From Tubulanus polymorphus (lineage: Eukaryota > Animalia > Nemertea): a stretch of 64,000 nucleotides of DNA. The notes under the pieces were generated by a model that searched no databases, was not told where the DNA came from, and saw only the letters and a program-made list of their open reading frames with translations. This document shows, one piece after another, positions 45,391 through 58,808 of the stretch. Positions within the stretch are counted from its first letter, which is position 1; each line of letters starts with the position of its first letter. Location of the stretch: positions 9,300,001 through 9,364,000 of the forward strand of contig NC_134031.1 in assembly GCF_964204645.1 (NCBI RefSeq). Direction: 5' to 3'. Position numbers and translations under genes: made by a program.

Positions 45391-48300
45391 CTGAAGCGCC
45401 AACATAGATTGGTTTATTAAATTTCATTGATGTTCTTCTCATCTTATCTGCGGCTAGATTTTCAAATATTCTGTTACCAATGAACTTAGGATATGTTTGT
45501 TAATGTCTAATTCTTTTACCACTACTAACTAACTCAATATCATTTCTATTTCTAATATTTTCACAAGTCTTACCATAGAATGCATTATTCATTAGTTTGA
45601 AGAAATCTTTTTCGAAATCAGTTTTAGCTTCAGTTCTCTGTTTGGTGTTAAAATCTATATATTTTTCTAACCATTTAGATTGACTAAATGAAATATATCT
45701 ATGTACTTTTCTTAGGATCATTCCTTGTTTTAGATAAAACTGTAACATTCTATAATGTACTACATAATTATATTTATCTTCTTGAGTTACCATTAACTTT
45801 TCTGTATGAATATGATTTTCGGGTTTAATTCTTTTTTCGTAATTTGATAATTCTTCATGAGTTACAGTTTTATGTTCTGGACAGTAAGCTAGATTTCTAG
45901 ATTTAAATTTAATATGTTCAGGATATTCTAAATCTACAACAAAGAAGTAACCAGTATCTGAATCATCTGCAATATCTAGAATTCTTTTCTTCCAATCAAA
46001 TTTATCATTATTTTCATTCTGTAAAACTTCAGTTAATTCAAATACTCCATAAGGTTGTGGTTCCATCATTGCCCAACCATACAAATTATTTGCATCTATA
46101 TATAATAACTTATAACCAGGGTTATCATTTACATTGAAATATCTATCCCCTAATACACCTGAAACTCCTCCTCTTATAGATTTTTCAAATAATAATAATT
46201 GATCTATATTTGTTAACAAATCCATTTTTATATCTGTAAATTTTAATCCACAATCCCATGTTAAACCTGGTGATGAATAACAATGTCAAGGATCAATATT
46301 GAAATATTTTAGGTTTACATCTCTAAACCTTTCGAATATATCGGTTAATAATAATACATCTGATTTTAGATATAAATCTACTAATTGTCCATGATTTGTT
46401 ATTTTAAAATGATTCCAAATATTCAATGTTCTATTATATACTTCATCTTTAACATATTCATTTTTTAATTCATCATAGAATTGTTCTTTCAATAATTCAG
46501 TTATATTGAAATCATTATGTGATTTATAAAATGAATATGGAATTGCTCCTTTATCTCTCATTATTTTTAAAATCATCATTATTTGGGTAATATTCTTTCA
46601 ATATCTTTAATTCATCATCAACTAATGATTTTGATAAGTTATCTAATGAACTATTTAAAAATCTATATGAATCTATAAATCTTAGGCAACCAAATTGGAA
46701 TGATATATAATTCTCAGATGATTTAGCTAACATTCTAAATTTATAAGTTGGTATTTTATCTTTTGATCTATTTGAATTTAATCTTTCTATTTCATTATTA
46801 ATTTCTTCTATTTTATGACATAACTGTTTGATAAATAAATGTGCATCATATCCTGATAGATTATGAAATATAACTGGTACAAAATTAATTTTCTTAGCTT
46901 GTAAATTACAATTCTCATGTGCAGCGCCTCTAAACTTTCCATTCAAATGATCATGGTCTCTTACTTTTTTATCTTTATAATTAAATATCTTTTCACAATA
47001 ATAACATTTATCTGCAAACGCAAATGCTTCTTTATCTTCTTCTGTCATTATAATTTCTATATTTGTATTCAATAATTTACTAAATCTTATTTCATATTCA
47101 ATTAATAAGTCACAAAAATGATTGATAACATTTTCATTTCTATAATCATAATATTCACTTTCAATTAGTTCTGGATAATCAGATTTAATATATGACCCGA
47201 AAGCGGCAGCTGATTGATGAATCTTTTTAATAGTATTTGTTTTTGGTGGTTCATCTGAAAAATCATTTTCATTAGAATTTAATTTCTTTCTTTTATAATA
47301 TATTTCTTTTCTATCTTGATCAGTTAATTCTTTATTTAATGATTCAAAATCTCCTTATATAACAAATGGAACTTTATTTTTGTAATCATATTTTTTGAAT
47401 TCTAATATTTTATCTTTTTCATTTGGTAAAACTAATTTACAATAATCATGATTTTCACATAATTGTTTATGATTTAATAATGTACTTTCATTACTGAATC
47501 TTTGTAAACATTTTCTACAAAGATATATTTTATGGTGATCATTTTCTGATTTAAAAAATAAATCGATTTGTTTAATCCACATATAATGATTCTCATAATA
47601 TAGTATATCTATAACATCATTTGAATCATAATCTTTTGATAGATATAAAGGTTCTAATGTATAATGTTTTATATTGTTACCTTTTGTATTTGGTATTTTG
47701 ATTAGATCAAATACATTTATTCTTAAATTATTATCTCTTTCTATCTTTGGGACGTTTTTAATTCTAACAGGATACTTATCTATCTTATAATTATTTTCAA
47801 ATGGTTTATAATGAGTTAATCTAAAACTATGTGTAATATCTTCTGTTGGGTGTAAACAACCTATTATAGCCCATAGAAAACATTCATCATCTTCATTTTG
47901 TACAATTATTACAGCATTAGTTTTAAATGGTAGTTTGATATAACTCGATGCTTCAATATCTGGTTCTTTATAATATGATACATTATTTTCATCTATTGGT
48001 TTTGATTTAGTTAACTTATTATATTTTGTGTTATAAACATGTTAAGTCATAAATATTATTTCATCAAATATTAAACCAGATCCTTCAAAATATTTCTCTT
48101 CTATTTTAGTTTTTACTTCAGTATAACATTTATCTAATTTATCATCTATATGTTGTTTTGAAATAATATGTTGTGAATGAGATTTTATATTATATATTGG
48201 TTTATCTTCAGATTTTATAAACTTTACTTTTGATGAAATACTTATTTTAGGATATTCAACATCAGTTATTATTTTTATTATTTCTTTCATATTTTCGAAA

Positions 48301-48800
48301 TGTTTTTTTATTTTCTTCTAATGTTTTACCTTTATGAAATTTGAACTCAATAGCTGCAGGACCAATATCACTTTTAAATGCTTCGGTTATCTCTATATCT
48401 TTTTTATTATCTAATGAATTAATATATTTCTTACATCTTCCATGTATGGTCTTTTATTGTTTAATTTATTTTTTATGCTTTTAATTGTCTTCTGTTTCTT
48501 ATCATTATCTTTATCAAAATAATCTTCACCTAAAATATCATTATTCATATTTCTTAGATGACTTTTAGATTTTAAATGTTCATTATAATATCTTTTATCA
48601 CTGAATGATTGATTACATGTATCACATTTGTATGTTTCTTTTTCATTCTTTAATTCATCTAATTTAGTTTCTAATATATCATCTTTATATTCTAGTTTCA
48701 ATTTATTCTCTAAATGTGTTTTAGTTTTATTGTGTCTTGCTTTTTGGGATTTATCTATATTGATATTACATGTTGGACAGTAGTACTTATTTGCTTCCAT
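45391..48800 (-). pseudogene. Protein-primed family B DNA polymerase, fragmented, C-terminus deleted
   Basis: DHDHLNGKFRGAAH..CNL, FHNLSGYD.H, FIDSYRF, YLKSDVLLL, IRGGVS, YIDANNLYGWAM, KLMNNAFYGK, NKPIYVG; no YxDTDS motif; N-terminal zinc fingers at 48411-48800. Confidence 0.92.
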
Positions 48801-49006
48801 TTTAATACTAAATTTTTTATTAAAATTGATTTTAGAAGTTCAATGATTTATATCATGCATTATTTCAATCACACTTTACTAACACTTTTAATGTTTAAAA
48901 ATCTAACTCACACAAATATGAATATTGAAATAATGTTGTAAATATATACTTTTATATTGAATAATCTGTCAATTTAAATGTTATTCATTTACATGAATAT
49001 TTTAAG

Positions 49007-49417
49007 AGTAATAGGGGTAATGGGCTTTCATATCAAAGGTTGAATGGTCGAGCTCATTAAAAAAGGAATATTAAAAGTAATTTAAAACTATAATATATTT
49101 TCATAACCGTGTGTATTTCAGTTGAATAATAGAATAATTATTATTATTAAAATATATTTGATTATATGAATTTGTGTACTGTAAATAAATCAATTGGTCG
49201 CGGAGCGGAGCGGCAGCGAAGTGGAGCGACCAATTGATTTAATACAATATGCTTTTAAAATTAAAATTATTGATATCTTAGAATAAATATTTAGTTATAA
49301 TATAAAATACACACGGTTATGAAAATACATTATAGTTTTAAATTACTTTTAATGTTTTGTTTTTTAATGAGCTCGACCGTTCGACCTTTGGTATGAAAGC
49401 CCATTACCCCTATTACT
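49007..49417. repeat. Right terminal fold-back palindrome of element 1
   Basis: Reverse complement of 17239-17650 with a few substitutions. Confidence 0.95.
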
Positions 49418-50625
49418 TCCGGGAGTTTTCTTCTTAAGAAATTGAGAGTTGGTTCCAATGGTATATTAGTGAACAAGGAAACAGCGTCGAAAGATATAAA
49501 TTTTTGTCCATTAGGTTTGAGATTTTTGAGTTTGTCTAAAAGATCCATATTGTGACGAATGTGAGAATCAGAAAAAGTACCCGGGGAGAGTACTTTAGCC
49601 AGATATTTGGAGAGCCGATATGATGGAGAATTGATATTAGAAATGATCGGTCTTAACGGTGAATTGGGTTTATGAATTTTTGGAAGACCATAAGCATAAG
49701 GAAGATTTGGAAGTCGAGAGTTAGATTTGGAGATGAAGTCCGAATGGTCAGGAAATTTCTTAGAGATGTTTTTTAAACCTAAATTAAAAGCTGATTGCAT
49801 CTTTTTCAAAGGGTTGTTTTTGATGGATTTGTAGAAATTGGAATCACCGAGAATAGCAATCATTTTAGAATTGTAATTGATCAAATCTTGAATAACAATT
49901 TTGCCGCCTTTATCAGCCTTGGAGATGCGGATGGTTTTGATGGATTTAAGTTCCTGGAGAGCAATCGAAAATCTCCGTGGAAAGAACTGACTAGATTGAC
50001 CTTGAAGGGTATTCCAAATGGTGTCCAAATTCATAAATATATAATTGTATTGAAAACTAGCCGTAGGAGATCTTTCCATACGTTCAACGAAATCCAAAAT
50101 GTGTTGTTTTCTATGCGGGAGAGAGAAATTTAATCCTAAACCGAGAACTTGAATTTGTGTTTTGGTTAATTTAGCCGAAGATAGATTGACAACATTATCA
50201 GTAGCGCAAAATTTGGTCCAAGGGCTGTTGTCGATTAATTTATTCAGAATGGAAGAGAAATGCGAATTTTTCTTTAGACGATGTACCGCGCAAAGATTCT
50301 TGATGCCCGAATGAAGGGAGTGCCAAAGGAAACCATCAGGTATATGGTGTCTGAGAAAACGTTCTGCTTGTCGCATTTTATAGAAATTAGAGTTGGTAGT
50401 TTCTTTTGCTTCCATAATGCAATGTCTTAGATGAGATCCTGCTTCATTGGAAAATGGTTGATCTGATTTGAATTTATTCAACCAATTCAGAGATTTAGGA
50501 GTAACCTGTTCTTGGAGACATTTTTGAAGAAATATGACGTTTTCTTTGGATTTGTGAGCTTTATAAGCAGCAGATTCGTATTTTCGAAAAGCAAAGATCA
50601 AATGAGGATATAATAAATCAAAAAC
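49418..50625 (-). pseudogene. Penelope-like element ORF, N-terminus and start of RT
   Basis: VVNLSS, LGLGLNF, KADKGGKIVI, YGLPKIHKPNSPLRPIIS, SFDAVSLFTNIP. Confidence 0.92.
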
Positions 50626-51100
50626 CGGCTAGTGGCGTAGCCAATCACGTTTGGAACACTGGTCATCGTTTTAATTTTGATAAAGCCGAAATTATTTATA
50701 CTTCCAGCAATTACACTAAACGCCACATAGTTGAGTCTGCCCTAATTACTCGTCACTCAGATATTAGTACCAATTTAAATAATGGCTTTTCTCCGCATAA
50801 TTCCCTTCTTTCTAAGTATATTTCTTCATGCCTTGCCAGACACTAATTATTTACTCACTCACCAATTTACTCAATTAACCTGTCCTCCTCTGTATATATA
50901 CCCCTGTTTTAAGTCTATTTCTCACACCTGACGATGATCTCTAGGGTGAGATCGTAACGTCGTGTCTTTTAAATATTTTAGATTTAATAAATAAATTCTT
51001 GTTTTTAAATTCTTTTAATCTGTAAATAGTGGGATTTTATCTTATTATCCGTTCACCACGTTTGAGTGTGGTTATCGTTCTATTTTGTTAATTTATGCTT
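50626..51100 (+). mobile_element. Inverted Penelope pseudo-LTR (GIY-YIG C-terminal tail plus 3' region)
   Basis: Plus strand encodes SGVANHVWNTGHRFNFDKAEII..KRHIVESALI..NLNNG, followed by a hammerhead motif; opposite orientation to the RT ORF. Confidence 0.75.
50924..50965 (+). ncRNA. Minimal type I hammerhead ribozyme motif (GAAA box reads GTAA)
   Basis: ACAC-CTGACGA-T-GATCTC(tagggt)GAGATC-GTAAC-GTC-GTGT, at the position expected in a Penelope pLTR. Confidence 0.7.
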
Positions 51101-51367
51101 GAATTGATAATTGATGTGACAAGAAACGTGCGGTAGATTTCGGAAAGAGGACTTAGAAAAACATGTCGGCTCTTTGAATGGGGCTCAATTTTCGATGTTT
51201 ACGGCCCGACAGTGCTTTTGTAACGATGATTCTTCGAAATACGCACAGGGTATTTGTAGATCGAATTGAGCTGAATGATATCAGATGGATTGTATCGACA
51301 ACAGCGTCAAGGTAACAAAGCCTTTGTTCTTTTAGTAAAAATAGTGTGGAAGAAAATAATAATAATA

Positions 51368-54300
51368 AATATAGCTGCAAAGCAGCGATAACGGGTTTTC
51401 TGCACAGTCTTAGAATCCTGTTCAACGGTGGATTTCAACAAAGCATTTGATAAGGCTCAACATCAGCCATTACTGAACAGGCTATTAGGAAACAGTATCA
51501 ATGATAGGTCGCCCAAATGGCTCAGCAGTTATCTCTGAACGGAAACTTGTAACCGAAATCAACGGAACGCCTCATCTTGGAATGAGACGGTCTAACTAGT
51601 GGAGTCACGCAAGGTAGTATCCTAAGTCGTCTTCTGTTTAATGTCCTGACAAATGACATACACAGTAATCCAAAATATACCAGACCGAGTAAATTTCCAA
51701 AACAACCTTAACACACTGTTCGACCAAAAACGTAATGTTCCGACAAAACCACAGGCGACAAAACCAAAATTATGAATTGTCGCGGGCGATAAAACCACAA
51801 TAATGAATTGTCGCGGGCGTTAAAACCAAAATATTGAATTGTTGCGGGCGATAAAACCAAAATAATGAATTGTCACGGACGACAAAAACAAACTATTGAA
51901 TTGTTGCGTGCGACAAAACCAAAATAATGAATTGTCAAAACTCACCACAATCATAGACGATGTCATGAACTACAACTTTGCAATGGATCATGGTAACAAA
52001 CTATGTCTAGGTACCAATCTAATAAGGAAAAACTAAGCTTTTCTACTATTCAACGCCCCCTGGTGACTATTTGTAATAACTAATGTCCTTAAAAACTCAC
52101 CACAATCATAGACGATGTCATGAACTACAACTTTGCCATTGATCATGGTAACAAAATATGCCTTGGTACAAATATAATATAGCGATACTAAGTTATTGTA
52201 TTATTCAACGCCCCCTGATGGCCACATACAAAAACCAATGACCTTGAAACTCACCAAAATCATAGAACACGTTATGGGCTACAACTTTCCAATTGAATAT
52301 AGTAACACAATATGCTTAGGTATCAATTAATTGTGGAAAAACATTTTCCCACCTACGAATGAGTACTGATGACACCAAGATGGCCGCCAATTGCGTCATA
52401 ATTGGCTGATCAAAAATACCTGTCCCAGGTATAAAACATCCCTCTCTAAAGAATATCCATCAGCAATTGCAATGAGAAATGGCAAACCAGTAGGAAGCTA
52501 CAGGACCTAGAATTCTGGCCAAAATTGACATTTTTGGGCACTAAAAAGGTCATAGGACGGCCTTCTTGAGTCAGATCGACCCAATTTTCTTATGCTGATG
52601 GGCCTTTGGTAGATTCAAATATAAACGAAATATCAAGGTAATTGATCAAAGCGTCTTAAAAATTTTCTTCGGGCGACGAAACCAAAATAATGAATTGTCG
52701 CGGGCGCCCAAAAACAAAATATAAAACCAAAATAATGAATTGTCGCGGGCGAAAAAACCAAAATAATGAATTGTCGCTGGAGATAAAACCAAAGTAATGA
52801 ATTGTCGTGGGCGATAAAACCAAAATATTGAATTGTCGCGGGCGACAAAACCAAACTAATGAATTGTCGCGGGCGACAAAACCAAAAAAAGAATTGTGGG
52901 GGCAACAAAACCAAAATAATGAATTGTCGTGGGCGACAAAACCAAAATGGTGAATTGTCCAGGCGACAAAACCAAAATAATGAATTGTCGAGGGCGATAA
53001 AACCAAAATGATGAATTGTCTCGGGCGACAAAACCAAAATAATGAATTGTCGCGGGCGATAAAACCAAAATAATGAAGTATCGCGGCGATAAAACCAAAA
53101 TATTGAATTGTCGCGGGCGATTAAACCAAAATATTGAATTGTCGCGGGCGACAAAACCAAAAAAAAATTGTCGCGGGCGACTAAAACAAAATATAAAACC
53201 AATTGAATTGTCGCAGCGATAAAACCAAAATAATGAATTGTCGCGGACGACAAAAACAAAATATTGAATTGTTGCGTGCGACAAAACCAGAATAATGAAT
53301 TGTCGCGGGAGACAAAACCAAACTAGGGGTCCAGGGACACCATGCTCACTTGGGAAGTGGTTTCAAATGCTCAACAATCTAACAATTTCAATACATAACG
53401 CCCTCTAGTGACCATATACAAAAACCAATGACCTTGAAACCAACTACAATCATAGAACATGTGAGCAGCTTTGAATTGGTAATTGATTGTGATAACAAAA
53501 TATGCCTCGTTACCAATTTAATATGGAAATACTAAGCCATTCTACTATTCAACGCCCCCTGGTGACTATATGGAATAACTAATGTCCTTAAAAACCCACA
53601 ACAATCATAGACGATGTCATGAACTACAACTTTGCAATGGATCATGGTAACAAACTATGCCTAGGTACCAATCTAATAAGGAAAAACTAAGCTTTTCTAC
53701 TATTCAACGCCCCCTGGTGACTATATGGATTAACTAATGTCCTTAAAAACTCACCACAATCATAGGCGATGTCATGAACTACAACTTTGCAATTGATCAT
53801 GCCAACAAAATATGCCTTGGTACAAATATAATTTAGCAATACTAAGTTATTGTATTATTCAACGCCCCCTGATGGCCACATACAAAAACCAATGGCCTTG
53901 AAACTCACCAAAATCATAGAACACGTTATGGGCTACAACTTTCCAATTGAATATAGTAACACAATATGCTTAGGTATCAATTTAATGTGGAAAAACCTTT
54001 TCCCACCTACGAATGAGTACTGATGACACCAAGATGGCCGCCAATTGCGTCATAATTGGCTGATCAAAAATACCTGTCCCAGGTATAAAACATCCCTCTC
54101 TAAAGAATACCCATCAGCAATTGCAATGAGAAATGGCAAACCAGTAGGAAGCTACAGGACCTAGAATTCTGGCCAAAATTGACATTTTTGGGCACTAAAA
54201 AGGTCATCTTGAGTCAGATCGACCAAATTTGCTTATGCTGATGGGCCTTTGGTAGATTCAAATATAAACGAAAGATCAAGGTAATTGATCAAAGCGTCTT

Positions 54301-54912
54301 CAAAATTTCCCACGAAAACTTCGAAAATGTTCAAAAAGTGCTGATTATGGCAAACAACAATGGCTGCCAGTCGACCATCTTGAATCTGACAGGGCCAGTT
54401 TTTGGGCTGACGATGTGTCTAGGGTAGATACATGTATAAACCAAATATCAAGACATTACCTTGAAGCGTCTTCAAAACTTCCCGAAATAACTGGATTCCG
54501 TCTATGGACGGACGGACGGATGGACGAAATGTGAACGCAATAGCCCGCTGGGACTAAAGTCCCAAGTGGACTGAAAAAGAATTGTCGCGGGTGATAAACC
54601 CAAATATTGGATTGTCGCGGGCGACAAAACCAACCTAATGAATTGTTGCGGGCGATAAAACCAAACTAATGAATTGTCGCGGGCGATAAAACAAAAATAT
54701 TGAATTGTCACGGGCGATAAAACCAAATAATGAATTGTCTCGGGCGACAAATACAAAATATTGAATTGTCACGTGCGACAAAACCAAAATAACGAATTGT
54801 CGCACAGTACACAGTAATCCAAGATATACCAGACCGAGTAAATTTCCAAAACGACCTTAACACGCTGTTCGACCACAAAACTTAATGATCCGACAAGAAA
54901 ATCTTGTACGCT
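51368..54912 (-). mobile_element. HINE-type copy B with minisatellite arrays and nested second-family HINEs (51938-52665 partial, 53322-54573)
   Basis: Same end motif and first ~380 bp as 14559; 31-bp arrays; nested copies share sequence with 20601-21157 and contain tandem internal repeats. Confidence 0.65.
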
Positions 54913-56375
54913 AGTAATAGGGGTTTAGTTGTTTCATACCAAAGGTCGAAAGGTCGAGCCCATTAAAAAACAAAATATTAAAAGTAATTAAAAAACTATA
55001 ATATATTTTCATAACCGCGTGCATTTTATATCAAAACTAAATATTTATTCTAAGATATCAATAATATAAAAAGCATATTGTATTAAATCAATTGGTCGCT
55101 CCACTTCGCTACCGCTCCGCTCCGCGACCAATTGATTTAATTACGATACACAAATTCAAATAATCAAATATATTCAAATGATAATAATTATTCTATTATT
55201 CTATTATTCAACTGAAATGCACGCGGTTATGAAAATATATTATAGTTTTTTAATTACTTTTAATATATGTTATTAATGAACTCGATCATTAAACCTTTGA
55301 TATGAAACAACTAAACCCCTATTACTCTTAAAATATTCATATATATATGAATAACATTTAAATCATTGAACTTCTAAAATCAATTTTAATAAAAAATATA
55401 GTATTAAAATGGAAGCAAATAAGTACTACTGCCCAACATGTAATATCGATATAGATAAATCCCAAAAAGCAAGACACAATAAAACTAGAACACATTTGTT
55501 TTTAGTCCAGTTGGTTAAAGCAAAGACATTTATCGAATTAAGGAACTCAACATATAGTGAAAAATATGTTGAATCGTTATAAACGCCTGATAATACTCAG
55601 CTATATAGTTGGTTGTATTAGCTCTAGTAAACATATGTTACCAGCTTATATTTCAATTGTAAAGAGTTAATTAATTTCATTAATCTAAATGCCTTTATTA
55701 TTGATTTTTTTTTCAACTTCAACGCGTTGTGTATACGGCGAACGTTAGCGAATCACAAATCTCATAATTTACAAGTCTCAACACACTTGTTCTAGATGTT
55801 TATACTAGAAAATGATTCTATTTTAACCTATATACATTCAATGTATAGAGCCATAGAATAAATCTATAAATTCACAGCTGTTACAGTTGTTACTATGACG
55901 ACGAGACATTATGACACATCATAATCAGAAACGTGTAGAATATTCTAGAAAGACGCACCGGAACTAGATGACGTGGCAAGAAATGAACATACGCTGTAAC
56001 ATAATGCTCAGGATATTCTATCTCTCGAAACGAAATTAGGAGTTTATAGTTTACAATTCTAAATCTAAATGTAAGTACTGTTTGTTGTAGTTATTAGGGC
56101 TATTAAATATGAAACCTTTAGATATATTTAAGTGTATTTAGTATATCTTTTAGATGGCTAGAGTTGCCGCTAATATCTTTTAGATTAATAAAACGCCATA
56201 CGCATCAAGAAGTGATAGAGAAACTCAAGATACTCTTTCTGACTGAGGAATCAACAGCAATGGATATCAAACCAATAGAATCACCAAAAGATCGACGAAG
56301 AAACTATATAAGAATTTCAAAAACATTAAGACTCCAATGATTAAGTTTAACATTTGTTGATGTAGTTAAATATTT

Positions 56376-56718
56376 ACCAGCAATTGAAAAAATGTTTGTA
56401 ATTATAAATTGTATTTATAGAAATCAAATGATGTATTGGAAGAAACGGCCGAACAACTTGTATAATGTATTGTGTAAATCTGATTGGTGAATTTTTATGT
56501 TCGGTCGTTTCTATTTTACAGTATGAATATATAATTATGATTAACGCATGCGCATTAAGCAAAAACGCTCCTATAAGAGCGGTTTGCCTAATGCGAACAC
56601 GTTTTGATATTTTATATCGGTCGTTTCTATTTTACAGAATTTACAGTATGAATATATAATTATGATTCACGCATGCACATTAAGCAAAAACGCTCCTATA
56701 AGAGCGGTTTGCCCAGTG
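56376..56718 (+). mobile_element. Possible short Helitron-like element with duplicated 3' end
   Basis: Two ~125-bp tandem units, each ending in hairpin GCAAAAACGCTC-CTATAA-GAGCGGTTTGC followed by CTAAT or CCAGT. Confidence 0.4.
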
Positions 56719-56851
56719 GTATTATTTAGATATCAAGGAATCGAAACAACTTATCAAAAGCAGCGAGGAATGAAAAAGTATGACGTTGATCGAAGAAATG
56801 GAAGAGGATTCTAAAATATTAACCAATTTAGTAAAAAAATATGTATAATAA

Positions 56852-57526
56852 ATGGAACCAGAACAACCACAAATTATCAATATTACAAATAACACTGGCG
56901 TTATAAACATATATTACAAAAAGTGTTCTAAATGTGAATTAAATAAATCATTAACAGAATTTAGTAAGCGTAAGATTAGCAAAGATGGTTTTCAATATTA
57001 CTGTAAAACTTGCATTAAACTATATACCAAACAATATCGAGAAGATAATAGAGAATCTTATAATGATTATATGACAGAATATATGAGAGAAAGATATCAA
57101 ACAGATCTTAATTTTAGATTGAAACAATGCTTAAGGACTAGATTAACACAATTATTCAACAAAGAAACATATTCAGAAACACTATCTAATTTATTGGGTT
57201 GTTCAGATGAATTTCTCAAATCATGGATTATATATCAATTCGATGATAAAATGAATATAGATAATTATGGTGAATACTTTCATATTGATCATGTGTTGCC
57301 GATTTCTAAATTTAACATGAATGATGAATACAATAAAAAACTTATTTGGAATTGGAAAAATTTAAGACCTTTAGAAAAGAAAGAAAATCAAACCAAATCT
57401 AATAAACTAGATTTACAGTTATATTCAGAACAGTTAACAAAGGCAAAGAAATTTATTGATCAATGGAACAATAATCCAAATAATGAACAATACGTTGAGG
57501 AATTTGATATCAAGGATCCGAAATGA
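56852..57526 (+). CDS. HNH/endonuclease VII-like protein
   Basis: HIDHVLP..NLRPL..EN..KSNK; near-identical to 37083-37751. Confidence 0.8.
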   Translation: MEPEQPQIINITNNTGVINIYYKKCSKCELNKSLTEFSKRKISKDGFQYYCKTCIKLYTKQYREDNRESYNDYMTEYMRERYQTDLNFRLKQCLRTRLTQLFNKETYSETLSNLLGCSDEFLKSWIIYQFDDKMNIDNYGEYFHIDHVLPISKFNMNDEYNKKLIWNWKNLRPLEKKENQTKSNKLDLQLYSEQLTKAKKFIDQWNNNPNNEQYVEEFDIKDPK

Positions 57527-57829
57527 CTTATCTGGACAGTTATAACTACTGCTCCTAATAGATAAACAAAAGTAGTGAGATATCAAATCCTAATTTAAAT
57601 AAAAAGTATTTAAAAAACAATAACTTCAACTAGCTTGTGAATTCTATTATATTTTTAATATTTTCTTTTCAAAAAGAGAATACTTTATATTTTGAATAGA
57701 TCCGAATAGAAATTCTTTAAATTCAAATAGCTAGTATCAGTAGTCAATACTAGAATTCTTTAACTTTAACTAGCTAGTATCATTTTATAATACTTATAAT
57801 ACTATTCTTATTAAATTTCTCTAATATAA

Positions 57830-58432
57830 ATGTCAAAGAAATCTAATAAGAATAGTATTGATATTGAAAAAACATTAGATGATTTAGGTATTAGTGATAA
57901 TAAGGATACAGTTGTTTCTAATTCTATTCAAGTTAATAACAATATAGATTATGAATACTATTTATATTGTAAGCATCATCTAGAACTATTGATTGCTGGC
58001 GGGAAATCTAAGGACTTCTTAGGAAAAATAATAACTTTTCAAGAACTAGACTCTATGAAACCCGATAAAGTAATAAAATATTTTAAGATTTATGAAGAGG
58101 CAAGATTATCTAAAATAAATGATTCTATTTCGAATGGTATTGTCAAATGTTATTCTAAGTTATGTAACCAGTTAATACCAATTGATGATGAAAATAAATT
58201 ATATAATGATTTGAAAAATGACTATTTAGTTATGACTGAATTACAAAAATGGGTCGGTTATGCTTCATTTCAATTAGGATCGGTTATGACATTGATTTCT
58301 ACTGGAGTTATAACATTTTCGAATATCAAGCCTATGGAATATAAATCAGGTAAGAACGAAACAGATGTACTACAACCAAACATCGAAACAGAAAATGAAT
58401 CAGAACAAAAATTAACTAAAATAAATGAGTGA
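57830..58432 (+). CDS. Conserved Polinton-like 200-aa protein
   Basis: Intact homolog of the gene split at 19988/36398. Confidence 0.8.
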   Translation: MSKKSNKNSIDIEKTLDDLGISDNKDTVVSNSIQVNNNIDYEYYLYCKHHLELLIAGGKSKDFLGKIITFQELDSMKPDKVIKYFKIYEEARLSKINDSISNGIVKCYSKLCNQLIPIDDENKLYNDLKNDYLVMTELQKWVGYASFQLGSVMTLISTGVITFSNIKPMEYKSGKNETDVLQPNIETENESEQKLTKINE

Positions 58433-58805
58433 TAGCGTTAAGAAAAAGGCTAGATCCGAGAAACAAATTAAATGGGCAAGAGAATTAGGTAAGAGATCAT
58501 CAGAATTAAAAAAAGCTAAGAAAAAGAAATTAACTGATATAAATGAATCACAGAAATTATCTGATGGTGCCGTACAGCACCCACACGGTGGTATTGATTC
58601 AAATAATAATCCATCTAATTCTTCTAATAGTGGAAGAAATAATTACTTATATATTACAATTGGGTTAATCACAATTATTATATTCTCCGGTGTAATATAT
58701 AAATCAAAATTCAATTCTGATGATAAAGATGATTCCGATGATAAACCTATCATACCAGAAAATAAATCAAATGAAAATAAATCTAAAATATTATTAATGG
58801 ATTAA
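58425..58805 (+). CDS. Basic protein with TM helix; carries a 27-bp in-frame insert
   Basis: Homolog of 19461-19829 with extra GAVQHPHGG. Confidence 0.8.
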   Translation: MSDSVKKKARSEKQIKWARELGKRSSELKKAKKKKLTDINESQKLSDGAVQHPHGGIDSNNNPSNSSNSGRNNYLYITIGLITIIIFSGVIYKSKFNSDDKDDSDDKPIIPENKSNENKSKILLMD

Positions 58806-58808
58806 AAT

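Larger units (their letters stand above)
17239..49417 (-). mobile_element. Polinton/Maverick-like (adintovirus-like) element 1, ~15.8 kb after removing the 16.4-kb nested insertion
   Basis: AGT...ACT termini, ~470-bp TIRs (17239-17709, 48947-49417), 6-bp TSD TCCGGG (17233-17238, 49418-49423), pPolB, integrase, ATPase and capsid genes. Confidence 0.95.

Noticed and set aside
49330-49417. C-terminus EVIGVMGFHTKGRTVELIKKQNIKSNLKL of the Penelope ORF
   Set aside because: Read-through into the Polinton terminus; the real continuation is at 17238 and below.
52670-53320. 31-bp repeats that superficially resemble a CRISPR array
   Set aside because: Units are directly adjacent with no unique spacers, there are no cas genes, and the context is eukaryotic.
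55500-56815. Non-viral segment between the element 2 terminus and the HNH gene, with TGTTACAG/CTGTAACA and decayed coding-like sequence
   Set aside because: May be an LTR retrotransposon remnant, but no paired LTR, PBS, TSD or protein motif could be supported.
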